Origin: Chiloscyllium plagiosum
Taxonomy: Eukaryota
Length of the DNA stretch: 64,000 bases
Direction of reading: 5' to 3'
Assembly (NCBI RefSeq): GCF_004010195.1
Contig: NC_057718.1
Coordinates: 84,793,968 to 84,857,967, forward strand
Shown: piece by piece, positions 1 to 11,400 of the stretch
Position numbering within the stretch: the stretch's first letter is position 1
Layout of the letters: every line of letters starts with the position of its first letter
Made by a program: the position numbers and the translations under genes
The notes under the pieces: generated by a model
Told to the model about the DNA's origin: nothing
The model's database searches: none
Seen by the model: the letters and a program-made list of their open reading frames with translations, nothing else

Positions 1-483
1 AATAGAGCTCGACTGGTAAGCCGTCGCTTCCGGGAGTTTTATTCTTTTCGAAGGACTCGAGGGCCTTGGTCAGCTTGTCCAGAGATAGCGGCTGGTCCAG
101 CCTCTCTCGTGTTCCGTCGTCTAGGACCTCCGTGATAGAGGACAGGAACGACTTGGAGGCCGCGCTGTCGTTTGGCTTCAAGTCATATCGACTGGCATAG
201 AAGGATTTGCTGATCCTCATGATGTCAGCCTGAGATGACGTTATCGAGCCATCTTCTTCCTTCAGGCTGCTGAGCACAGGGCTCTCTTTGTGCACCTTCT
301 GGAAGAAAAAACGTGAGCACGTCTCGTCCTGCTCCACCGAGCGGACCCTGGACCGGAAGATTATCTTGGAGGCCTCCGAAGCAAAGAGCGAGGCTTGCTG
401 GCCCTTCACCTCCTTGAGGTCCTCCGTGACATCCATTGTCTGCAGCAGGAGCAGGTTCTGCATACTTTCCTGGAGTATGTCTG
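1..483 (-). mobile_element. Tx1/L1-clade LINE ORF2 fragment (linker into RT N-terminus), runs off window start
   Basis: Minus-strand frame ...KIIFRSRVRSVEQDETCSRFFFQKVHK...LDKLTKALESFEKNKTPGSDGLPVELY; motif of the K-S/T-PG-x-DG-x-P-x-E-x-Y type; GC/CpG-rich. Confidence 0.8.
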
Positions 484-1196
484 TGAGAGGGTGCGAGAGC
501 GTGGGAGTGTATGAGAGAGGGTGTGTGTGCGTAGTGCAGTGAGGTCACCTGGATTCATGTCACACTACAGGTGACCCCACTGCATTATACACTCACACCC
601 ACACTCTCACACGCAGATCCTCTCTCATACACAAGCTCTCTCTCATAGGCTCACACATATACACCCACACTCGCACACTCATGCGCGCGCACACCCTCTC
701 ATAGACGTATACCCCTTTACACACATATAAATCTGTGGGGTGAATTTGTACTTGCAGAATTACATTTTATTTTGCTCAAAAACTGCATGAATCCATGTAA
801 AATTTTGTAAATCCAGTTTTTAGATTAGAATCAGTCTGAATATTGTGGCACAGACAGTCTCGCACAGGGCACCTCACACCTTAAATGCATTATCTGGGCT
901 GACATAACACCAATTGTTAAAGTTCACTTGAGAATATAACTTTAAAACAGTTCTGCAATTTACATATGAAAGAACTGAAACCAACATGTTCATTCTGAAA
1001 GATGAGAGACTTAAAAAAAACAATCCAGGCCTTTTTCAATATACAATTTCATACATCACACTGTAAATGTTTGCTATAAGTTATGTGTCTTAAGATCTTA
1101 TATTCCATAACCACCTGATGGAGCAGCGCTCCGAAAGCTAGTGCTTCCAAATAAACCTGTTTGACTATAAACTGGTGTTGTGTGATTTTTAACTTC
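484..1196 (+). mobile_element. Penelope-like element family B, 3' region with short inverted 5' segment
   Basis: Ends in ...ctgatggagcagcgctccgaaagctagtgcttccaaataaacctg...gtgtgatttttaactt, shared with 1659-2156, 8799-9010 and 58755-58960; inverted arms 532-551/568-587. PLE assignment rests on the hammerhead core and fold-back structure; no ORF seen. Confidence 0.65.
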
Positions 1197-1331
1197 GTTA
1201 GTGTTATGGTTTTATTGGAATGATGGTGAGTTTAATGGTGCTCACCTATTATCAATGTGTAACTTGTAGTGTAAAAACAATACCTGATGACTTGTCACAA
1301 GTTGCTGGATGACTTGTGTTACTTTTCCATT

Positions 1332-1640
1332 ATTAGATATTAGATTACACAGTGCGGAAACAGGCCCTTCGGCTCAACAAGTCCACACCGACCTGCCGAA
1401 GAGCAACCCACCCAGACCCATTCCCCTACATTTACACCTTCACTTAACACTATGGGCAATTTAGCATGGCCAATTCACCTCACCTGCACATTGTTGGACT
1501 GTGGGAGGAAACCGGAGCACCTGGAGGAAACCCACGCAGACACTAGGAGAATGTGCAAATTCCACACACAGTTGCCTGGGGTGGGAATTGAACCCGGGTC
1601 TCTGGCACTGTGAAGCAGCAGTGCTAACTGCTGTGCCACC
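1332..1640 (-). mobile_element. HE1-like tRNA-derived V-SINE
   Basis: Reverse complement of the 3766/17608 copies: tRNA-like head, V-domain, aatct tail. Confidence 0.88.
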
Positions 1641-1658
1641 CAGTACCTTGCAATAAAG

Positions 1659-2156
1659 TTAAAAATCACACAACACCAGGTTATAGTCCAACAGGTTTAT
1701 TTGGAAACACTAGCTTTTGGAGTGCTGCTCCTTCATTAGGTGGTTGTGGAGAACAAGATTGTAAGACACAGAATTTATAGCAAAAGTTTATAGTGTGATG
1801 TAACTGAAATTACATATTGAGAAAGACCTGGAGTGTTTGTTAAGTCTCTCATCTTTGAGAATGACCATGTTGGTTTCAGTTCTTTCATATGTAAATCGCA
1901 AAACATTTTTTAAAAGTTACATTCTCAAGTACACATTAACAATTGGTGTCATGTCAGCCCAAAAAGGTATTGAAGGTGTTTAGTCCCTGTGAGGCTGTAA
2001 GCTTTTGCTGTAAATTCTGTGTCTTAGAATCTTATTCTCCACAACCACCTGATGAAGGAGCAGTGCTCCAAAAGCTACTGCTTCCAAATCAACCTGTTGG
2101 ATCTGGTATTGTGATTTTTAACTTTGTCCACCCCAGTCCAACACCGACATCTCCAA
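1659..2156. mobile_element. Penelope-like family B fold-back element with TSD
   Basis: Minus arm 1659-~1998 and plus arm ~2000-2156; flanked by accttgcaataaag at 1645-1658 and 2157-2170. Confidence 0.8.
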
Positions 2157-2627
2157 ACCTTGCAATAAAGGCAGCACACTGTCAAGGAAGTGTTGCATTT
2201 GTATGTAAATTAACAGTTAAAATCCCAGCTGAATGTTACAACTGCCATGTTAACATACTAATATCTTCTCAATGTGGAGATTTATATCCTAGCCATGCTA
2301 ATTAATCGCTGTTTTGAAAAATAACCCACTCAAATTATTTCTGCATTTCTGTTGGTGATAAATTGTTCTTTTGAGATTTTTAAAATTTAGTGTATGAATA
2401 TTTTTCCCCTTCCTGTTTCTTTCTCTTTCTGCCTCTTAAACCAACCTAACTCACTTTCTCTTTCTATCTTTGATTTGATTCTAATTCATCTGATGTCTTA
2501 CTCAGCTATTCCTCTGTTTCTTCTTTAATACTTATCAAATAAAGAAACTGTTGGTCCCATCATTCACGTGGTTACCCTGTGCCTCCCTGTTGTCCGTTTG
2601 CGCATTCAACAGCTTACAGGAAAAAAC

Positions 2628-2952
2628 TCCCCCTCCCACTCTGCTGAGGACATGGAGGCCCTGGGCCTCCTTCACCGCTGCTCCCTTACCACCAGACGCC
2701 TGGAGGAAAAACGCCTCATCTTCCGCCTCGGAACACTTCAACCCCAGGGCATCAATGTGGACTTCAACAGTTTCCTCATTTCTCCTTCCCCCACCTCACC
2801 CTGTTTCCAAACTCTGCCTTTATTCCTGATGAATGGCTTTTGCCCGAAACGTCGATTTTGCTGCTCCTTGGATGCTGCCTGAACTTCTGTGCTATTCCAG
2901 CACCACTAATCAAGAATCTGGTTTCCAGCATCTGCAGTCATTGTTTTTACCT
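2628..2952 (+). mobile_element. Penelope-like family A 3' fragment (GIY-YIG C-terminus plus hammerhead core)
   Basis: RRLEEKRLIFRLGTLQPQGINVDFNSF; ctgatga 2826-2832...gaaacgtc from 2846. Confidence 0.85.
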
Positions 2953-2996
2953 AGAGAAAAAACATTGTCAAATTGACAGATAAGGGGAAATCAACT

Positions 2997-3410
2997 AGGA
3001 GAAAGTGAGGACTGCAGATGCTGGAGTGCCTCATCTTCCGTCTAGGAACCCTCCAACCACAAGGGATGAACTCAGATTTCTCCAGTTTCCTCATTTCCCC
3101 TCCCCCACCTTGTCTCAGTCCCAACCCTCGAACTCAGCACCACCTTCCTAACCTGCAATCTTCTTCCTGACCTCTCCGCCTCCACCCCCACTCCAGCCTA
3201 TCACCCTCACCTTATCACCCTCACCTTAACCTCCTTCCACCTATCGCATTTCCAACACCCCCTCCCCCAAGTCCCTTCTCCCTACCTTTTATATTAGCCT
3301 GCTTGGCACACTTTCCTCATTCCTGAAGAAGGGCTCATGCCCGAAACGTCGATTCTCCTGCTCCTTGGATGCTGCCTGACCTGCTGTGCCTTTCCAGCAA
3401 TACATTTTCA
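2997..3410 (+). mobile_element. Penelope-like family A fragment with short inverted terminus and TSD
   Basis: LIFRLGTLQPQGMN; hammerhead core ctgaaga 3323...gaaacgtc 3343; direct repeat cagataaggggaaat at 2977-2991 and 3409-3423. Confidence 0.85.
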
Positions 3411-3765
3411 GATAAGGGGAAATGCCTAATTAGCAAAATTCTTGGCACCAGCAGATTCTGAATCAAAGTTTCACCTTAACAAAATCGTTTCAGTCCCATA
3501 ATCATTCCTTCTCTTTCTTTTGGCTTGTTGCATTCTCTGTCACCATGTCCCCTCTCCCCGCTCCAGTGAGACACTCTATTCTTTCCAATCTGGCAATTAC
3601 ACCCACCATTGTTTGACCATTCTCACATTCTCATCACTCAATCTGCACTAAAAGAAAATTGCATCTTCCCCTTTGGAACAAAGAAGAATGTTTTACCATA
3701 GCTTTGGAAAGGCAATAAGATCTTATCATAAACCTCTAACTAGCATCTTATTACATACTACACTA

Positions 3766-4088
3766 GGGCGGCACGGTAGCACAGTGGTTAGCACTGTTGC
3801 TTCACAGTGCCAGAGACCCGGGTTCAAATTCCTGCCTCAGGCAACTGTCTGTGAGGAGTTTGCACGTTCTCCCCGTGTCTGCGTGGGTTTCCTCTGGGTG
3901 CTCCAGTTTCCTCCCACAGTTCAACAATGTGCAGGTGAGGTGAATTGGCCATGCTAAATTGCCCATAGTGTTAGGTGAAGGGGTAAATGTAGGGGAATGG
4001 GTCTGGGTGGGTTGCTCTTCAGAGGATCGGTGTGGACTTGTTGGGCCGAAGGGCCTGTTTCTACACTGTAGGGAATCTAATCTAATCT
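3766..4088 (+). mobile_element. HE1-like tRNA-derived V-SINE, full length
   Basis: gggcggcacggtagcacagtggttagcac (A box)...ggttcaaattcc (B box); V-domain ggagtttgcacgttctccccgtgtctgcgtgggtttcct; (aatct)n tail. Confidence 0.92.
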
Positions 4089-5092
4089 ACACAGATATTT
4101 CTTTCGTTTACATTCTTGCATTAGTTATATTTACAAAACTATGAAAGCATAACTCAAAATCAAAGTAAGTACGTTTGACAAACAGGATTAACAGCTTTTA
4201 AACATCAAAACATTAATCTAAGTCAATGTTTGCATTTTTTTAGTGTTCTTTTAACTCTGAAAGGAGTGTTGCAGTTATGTCAACAGCCAATTGTCACACT
4301 TTGGTTAGCTGTAAACATAGCCCCATACTTAATTTCATTTTCTGAACTGAAATATGGTAAATTTTCAGTTTTAGTAAATAACATTAAAATGGCTTCTTTG
4401 TGTGCTCACAGTTCATCTTTATTTCGATCAAAATCCCTTTTGTCTGTTTCAAGAATGTTTTGGGATGCTTCTCATATTGAAATAAACATGTTTTGTATTC
4501 CTGCTTAGCTCTCTTGTTCTTCAAATTGTATTACAGTTCAAAACTTCATTACTGCTTTTAATTAATAGCGTTGCAGTAATTCATCAATCTTCATTTTTAA
4601 TTTTGTAATCAATCAATCAACCAGCTGTTTTGATTCATCTGTGATTCCTTCTCCAAGTATTTTTCATAGAGACTTGTGATATTTTAAGTTTGTCAAGTTT
4701 AAACTGAAGACATATCTATATTGAATTTGCTGCTACAAGTTTGTCATTGAAACATTTTAAGTCCTCATTCAAGTGTTTTACTACCTGTGACTTGTACTGA
4801 AGTGTTCTTGCCTGTGTGCATTTTTTCTTTAGTAAATTTGCTTTGGATGTAAGAATTTTGATATTCTAAATTTCAGTTTTTCCTTTAATTTCTCATTATC
4901 AGGAATAAGCTTCTCATAATTGGCTATAGTAGCTGTGGGGAGTTTGACAAGACCTGTACAACACAATCATCACCATGTTACCATTTATGCTGGCCAAATG
5001 ATTACCCAATATATAATCTACTCTTTCAATTGGTAAACCACTAACAATTCCAGTGGTTACAACTCTGTTTGCAAATCTCTTTGTGACTTAAG

Positions 5093-5310
5093 TGAAACAA
5101 TGAACTGTGGATTCTGGAGATCTGAAATAAAAACAAATTGCTGGAGAGATTCAGCAGGTCTGACAATATTTGTAAGATGAAGAAAATAACATTAGTGTTT
5201 CAAATCTGGTGATGTTTCATCAGAACCAAACTCGAAGTGTTAAATTTGCTTTTGTCCCCACAGTTGCTGCCAGACATCTGAATCTCTCCAACAATTTCAG
5301 TTTTTGTTTA
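5093..5310. mobile_element. Penelope-like family D fold-back remnant
   Basis: Inverted arms aaattgctggagagattcagcaggtctg / cagacatctgaatctctccaacaatttc. Confidence 0.7.
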
Positions 5311-6814
5311 AGGAAACAGGTTCACAAATGCCATGAGTACTTATCATATTCAATATGTTTTCTTTCATCAAGCCATCTGAAGCACAAATCATATCATCAG
5401 CCATTATCAATTATCAAACTGCCACAGTGTCTCAAAGAGTTACTTTGTTTACAGGTTTTATGGAAGAGTAAGGGAGCATTTCTCCCTTAGAGAAAAGAAT
5501 CTCAATAATCAAAATCATTTCATTGTCTTCAAGGAAGAAGCCACTTGACTATCCTGAAGTGCATTCCTATTCTGTTAGGTTGTACGTGAACTTACTTGAC
5601 TTGTACTATTGCCAATGATTTAAACCCTGTTTTCCTTACCAGTATTCTGTTTTTTTTTCTAAATATTCTTTTTGCATTTCCGTGACTGTCACCAGTTTAC
5701 CGTTCTGTATCCAACAATTTTCTTTTACATGTTGTGTCCTGTGACAATGTGGTTTTCTAACATCATTTTTATTTTCTATATTATTGTTTCTATTAATTGG
5801 AATGGATTCTGTTAATCTATGTAACTCAAGTTTCTCTTTAATTCATACTTAATTAAAATCCCATTTCCTGCATCATTTCTCTCTCCTGTCTCTCTGCTTT
5901 CTCTTTTTCTCTTTGTGTAATGCTCTTTCTCATTCCTCCTCAGCCTTTGAAATTCTAGCCCTAGTCTTCTGTGTTCTAACTCAGTTTTGTGAATGCTACC
6001 TTGTCGACATCCAGTTCTACACTTTCCTCAATCTCCTACGTTCAGTGACCTAGATTGGTGGCCACTAGTTTTAGAATTTCTTGTTTCTTAGCTTTTGATT
6101 TAAGTTTACTTTCAACAGCTCAACCTCATATTTTAGTTTGTCAGTGAACAATACCTATAAGTATTATCATTTATCCCACTCTGCCACAAGACCTACCTAC
6201 TGCAAAACATGACACTTAGATCAGTATAATCTTTCCTCTGAAGTACAAGAAAGTATTTTTCTTATTTCTTTTAATTACGGACCCCACTTCTAATTATACG
6301 ACTATGGGTTCAATGGTGGATGTAAGCCCCCTAATATATTTTATGATCAAGATTGGAAGACTGCACTGATTACTTTTTAGTCACATTCCTCTATTTTACA
6401 TTTAATAAAGAGTGGTGACATGGTAGATTATGTTTCTGATTTAGTATTAGACACAGCGACAACCAAGTTTCTTTCTTTCATTAATGCATAACTAGTTTGC
6501 TGCAAATACAATATAAACAAACATGCAAAGATTATTAGACAGCACAAATAGAGAAAAGTAATCACAGCGGGCATCACTAACTGGGCACTGACTTGAAAAT
6601 GCTTGTGCTATAAACTTAGTTTCACTTTTAACTGTCCACCTCTTCATCCTGAACGTAACAAGGAAAGTGAAGATTCATTCACCATTTTCAGGACCAGCTC
6701 ACAAAGTATGGCGCCATCCGCTGGAATTTATTTTAATTTGTACTCCTAACTCTGCATTTAAGGGTAGATTCTGTGGCGATTCTTTCACTAGCTTTTAGCT
6801 AAGCAGCCTTCTGT

Positions 6815-7112
6815 GGGCGGCACGGTGGCACAGTGGTTAGCACTGCTGCCTCATTTCCCGCCTCTGGCGACTGACTGTGTGGAGTTTGCACATTCTCCCC
6901 GTGTCTGTGTGGGTTTCCTCCGGGTACTCCAGTTTCCTCCCATAGTCCAAAAATGTGCAGGTTAGGTGAATTGGCCGTGCTAAATTGCCCGTAGTGTTAG
7001 GTGTAGGGGAATGGGTCTGGGTGGGTTGCTCTTCGGCAGCTCGGTGTGAACTTGTTGGGCCGAAGGGCCTGTTTCCACACTGTAAGTAATCTAATCTAAT
7101 CTAATCTAATCT
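6815..7112 (+). mobile_element. HE1-like V-SINE with deletion across the B box
   Basis: Same head, V-domain and (aatct)n tail as 17608, lacking cagcgccagagacccgggttcaa. Confidence 0.9.
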
Positions 7113-7719
7113 TTAAAGTCCTCTGTGGATACTTCAGTATCTTGTCCTGCTTTTTTGGGGCATACCTAGTCTGCTTTTTGTTTCGCACAGCATCTGTATA
7201 GCGTTTAATAAAAACCATCAGCAGCCTCTCTTCCCCGAGCACTCCAATCCCCCACCATTGCATTGGTGGTGCCCCTTCCGCACTTCATGTCACCTCTGAT
7301 GAAGAGTCATCTAGACTTGAAATGTTAGCTTGCTCTCTCTCCATGGATGCTGTCTGACCTGTTGTGATTTTCAGCACATTTTGTTTTCGATTCAAGCTGA
7401 CTGTTTGTTTGTTTGTTTGTTTTACTGCAAGACTCTGTGGTGGCCATTGTAGATTTCTTCCCTTAGCTTCAAGCTTGATAAATTCTCTAGCTTTTTGTCC
7501 CCCTCGTGAGTTTCAACTTGAGCTCAAGTATTCTATGTAGTGAACAATGAAGTTATTGTTTTATCTGCTTAGACGCAGGCCTATGTCAGATTAATTTCCT
7601 TGGCTGTTCTGACTCTGTGGTGAAGCCTACACAAGTTCATGTCTGTAACAGCCTCTGTCCTTCTCAAAATAAAATGCTTGCTTCTCTCTGCAGAGAAGGG
7701 ATGTAAAAGTATGAAAACA

Positions 7720-7930
7720 TACCAATAGATTTAAGAACAGCTTCTTCCCTGCTGTTATCAGACTTATGAATGGACTTTTCATATATTAGAGTTAATCTTT
7801 CTCTGCACCTTCTCTGTAGCTATAACACTATATTCTACATTCTATTCTGTTACCCTGATGTACTTATGTAGGTATGATTTGCCTGGATTGCACGTAATAC
7901 AATACTTTTCACTGTATCTCTGTACATGTG
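7720..7930 (+). mobile_element. Rex1/Babar-like LINE 3' end
   Basis: TNRFKNSFFPAVIRLMN C-terminal motif followed by 3' UTR ending aataaaccaaattgaat. Confidence 0.6.
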
Positions 7931-8399
7931 ATAATAAACCAAATTGAATCAGAGGCTAAACAAAAAAAGCTGTCCGACCAAAGTTCCATCCTAAATTGCA
8001 TTCGCTGTGACAATGTGACAAGCTGTAGCATGGTTCCAACAGAAATACAAGAAATAATTTTGCACTTAACATAGCTTTTAATTCTGCAACCTAATTACTT
8101 AGTTAAAAATGAATAGTTCATTTTGCTTGACTATCATCTCTGACCTTGCAAACACAGCTGCCTATTAAATGTAATTATCTTCAAGCTTATTTGCCTTGCA
8201 TTTATACAGGGTTGCTGGTCTCAATCAGATTTTTCTGCAGTCAAATTTGAACCGGATTTTTGGAACATCATATTTTTCAAATCATTCAAACTTCAGTAAA
8301 CTATTCTTCTGAATGCTTGCATTCATAAAGCACCTGTCACAACTGGAGGACCTCCCAAAGCACTTTTACAGCCAAAGAAGTACATTTGAATCATTGTCC

Positions 8400-8643
8400 A
8401 AAAACAAAGAACTGCAGGTGCTGGGACTCTGAAACAAAAACAGAAATTACTGGAGAAACTCGGGTCTGGTAGCATTGGTGGAGAGAAAGCAGAGTTAATC
8501 TTTCTCTGCACCTTCTCTGTAGCTGTTACAGCCTCAGTGAAGGGTCTGAAGAATGATCACTGGATCCAAAATGTTAATTCCATTTTCTCTGCACAGATGC
8601 TACTGGATTTGCTGAGCTTCTCTGTAATTTCTGTTTTTGTTTG
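8400..8643. mobile_element. Penelope-like family D fold-back element
   Basis: Arms aaacaaaaacagaaattactggagaaactc / gagcttctctgtaatttctgtttttgttt; degenerate core ctgaagaa...aaaatgtt at ~8546. Confidence 0.75.
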
Positions 8644-8798
8644 AATTATTGTCACTGCTGTAATAGGAAGTATGTTAGCTAACTTGCTCTCTCAAAGAAC
8701 GATGTGATGAGATTAGAAGTTTTGTTTTTTTTTGGCAATTATGATTGAGGAATAAAGTTTGACTGGGATAACTCCCAGCTGTTCACTTGATTGGTATG

Positions 8799-9010
8799 AT
8801 GTGGAGGAGCCAGTGTTGGACTGGGGTGGGCAAAATTAAAAATCTCACAACACTAGGTTATAGTCCAACAAGGTTATTTCGAAGCACTAGCTTTCAGAGC
8901 TCTGCTCTTTCATCGGGTAGTTGTGTCTGATGAAGGAGCAGAGCTCTGAAAGCTAGTGCTTCCAAATAAACCTGTTGGACTATAACCTGGTGTTGTGTGA
9001 TTTTAAAAAT
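8799..9010. mobile_element. Penelope-like family B fold-back mini-element with intact hammerhead core
   Basis: Long inverted arms; ctgatga 8927-8933, stem ggagc/gctct, gaaagcta from 8948; flanking ttgattggt at 8787-8795 and 9011-9019. Confidence 0.85.
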
Positions 9011-9879
9011 TTGATTGGTGGTATGGTGCTTGTAACAATGATCTGAGAGAGCAGATATTACTGTGGCATACAGACACCATCCAAAAATGGTACTTCAATT
9101 CCTTCTGTTGTTGTTGCACTGGAGTCCCATTTTAATCCCTGCTTGTTTATTGCACATACTGTTGGTCCAACTTCTTTTTTGGCCCATTGGTTTGTAATTT
9201 CGATCCATTCTTTTGAGCATAAATTCCTCCACCTTTTAATGACCTGTTTCATCTTTCTCCTTGAACCTTCTACATCCGATTGGTACCATCTTGTTTCTTG
9301 GCTGCCCACATCTCCCTATTCCCAGCCTCTCTCGTACATCCCCCTCCTCCTCACCACTACATCTATTCTCCATTTCACCCTAGATGGCACAATCTTCACA
9401 AAATGATCTGATTCTTTAGAAATCCTCCTCTCCCTTTGTAATTGTTGGCCAAGGCTTTCCTTTGCCCTTTTCGGTGGGCATAGCACTACTTTGAAGAAAA
9501 GTAGTGAAGAATTATGGACAACTAGGCCCAGGCAATAAGTGCTGGCCGACCAGCAATGTCCATATCTTACGAATGAATAGAACAAATTTTCTATCATGTC
9601 CGATCTTTATTTTTCCTCGACCAAGAGCTGAAATAATTTACTTATAATGTTGTTTGTGGGAGCTTACTGAGTGCAAATTGATGACTGTACTTCAGACGTA
9701 CTTCTTTGGCTGTGAAGCTCTTCAAAACGTCCTGACGTCATAAAACATACTAAGTAAATGCAGAGTATTCTTTCTAATTTACCTGATTCTAGCCTGGCCT
9801 AACTCCTTGCCACCCCATCACTTATTGGTGTGAAGTCTTGGCTCTGTGTGTTTAAGGTGCCATGAACCTTTTTCCACAG

Positions 9880-10023
9880 GAAGTTGATGATCTATTCAGA
9901 AAGTTGGATAAAGACGGTGATGGAAACGTGAGCCGCAATGAGTTTCTTCTTGGCTTATTTCGGCATGGATCTGCTGCTTCAGTCCCTTCCACACCCTGCA
10001 AGCAGAGACATTGTCTCCATCAG
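9880..10023 (+). CDS. NINL: Ninein-like protein, internal exon A (EF-hand); phase 0/0
   Basis: ttttccacag|GAA...CAG|gttagg; 144 bp; EVDDLFRKLDKDGDGNVSRNEFLLGLFRHGSAASVPSTPCKQRHCLHQ, with canonical EF-hand loop DKDGDGNVSRNE resembling vertebrate NINL (recalled: LFNKLDQDGDGKVSLEEF). Confidence 0.93.
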
Positions 10024-10915
10024 GTTAGGCCACATTAAGTTAATCTTTTGTAAACTATTACTTAATATATAATGTCAAGCTTGGGTCCTCATCATTTTTT
10101 TTCTTTTCACATGGTTCACCAATTGTTCCTCCATCATGTAGTTGCCAATCTAGGAGCTTCATTCTTTCCACTTCATTCTTTTCCTGTTGCTTCTTGCATT
10201 ATTTCCCTGCTATTTTGTTCAGAATAGCTCATTTTCCCCCTTACTGCAACTACGTTTGCCTACATCCTGTACTACCATTGACTCAATGCTCTATCTTCCC
10301 TTCTTGCAAACCTTCCCTTGCACTGTCTTCCCTAACTGCTTGGCACCCCATCACTTAGCCTGAATACTTAGCACTTCATCTCTTCACGGCTGCCATGCCA
10401 TCACCTTTGCATTGCTCACACTCTCCCCTACTTCTCTCCTCTGATCCCTTACCCTCGACCTATCCATCATCAAGCTGAAACCCTTGCACTCATTCACTCA
10501 TCTAAATTGCTAAGTTCTCTCATTCTTCTGGAGGCCTCCTTGTTTCCCAGTATTATAAGAACATTGAGCTATAAAGGAGGTACTTCTGAAGCTTCCAAAG
10601 GCATGAACAGTGTCAATAAAAGGGAATCGGGCAGCATTGAAACAATCTCTCAAGTGGAACAAGAACAGAGGGCCTCCGACTCTGATGATGAATAACAAGC
10701 CAAGGCAGGCAAATTCTGAATTGGTGCTATATCTGATGATTTGGAAAGAAGAGAAATCAACCAATTGAGCAGTGGAACAGTGACAAATTGAACTTGTTTG
10801 TAGCAGTCTCTTAAAGAAGAATTCCAGAAGTAAGGAGTGACAAATACAATTCCCAGGTAGTCAATTTTGGTAACTATGTTTGCTTGCATGAAGAATCAAT
10901 TATTTTCTCTTTCAG

Positions 10916-11083
10916 AACTTTAAGGCGAACAGATGTAGAACAGCAACTCCATCCTTGATATCAAACACTGTTGGTTTGCAACTGTTTTCTGGTCTTGATG
11001 ATGGTACTGGTTACGCAACACCGGGACAAATAATCAGCATGTGGCAAGAAGATGGAATTAAAAACAGTCAGGAGATTTTAAAG
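10916..11083 (+). CDS. NINL: Ninein-like protein, exon B; phase 0/0
   Basis: ttttctctttcag|AAC...AAG|gtgaga; 168 bp; NFKANRCRTATPSLISNTVGLQLFSGLDDGTGYATPGQIISMWQEDGIKNSQEILK. Confidence 0.93.
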
Positions 11084-11099
11084 GTGAGACTGAGCATAT

Positions 11100-11400
11100 T
11101 TTGAGAGCACTAGGGAATGCATCATGTTCTGGCTGAGTTAAATCAAGGTCCGGTTTGCCTTCTCAAGTGGACCAAAAAGATTCCATGGCACTATTCTAAA
11201 GAACAGGGCGATCTCCCTGGTATTCTGACCAATAATTATTATTTGACTGACATCACCAATCCACAGTATCTGGACATTATCTGAGTACAATAACGTTTCT
11301 GGTTATTTCTGGGATTGCAATGTATGCAAATTGGCTTCTCTATTTCCTATGCTAACACAATGACAGGACTTAGAAACGGTGAAAGGTGCCATATGATACG
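11100..11400 (+). mobile_element. Deu-domain SINE (SacSINE1-like), degraded
   Basis: aaaagattccatggcactattctaaagaacagggcgatctccctggtattctgaccaataatt resembles the Deu core and the copy at 23740. Confidence 0.6.

Noticed and set aside
3766..3835. tRNA gene-like A/B boxes (also at 17608)
   Set aside because: SINE heads followed by V-domain and tail, not tRNA genes
10507..10695. Protein-like ORF ending ...EQEQRASDSDDE* between exons A and B as an alternative terminal exon
   Set aside because: The nearest acceptor (cccag at 10549) is out of phase with the phase-0 donor of exon A and would hit a stop after 7 codons; no NINL similarity recognised
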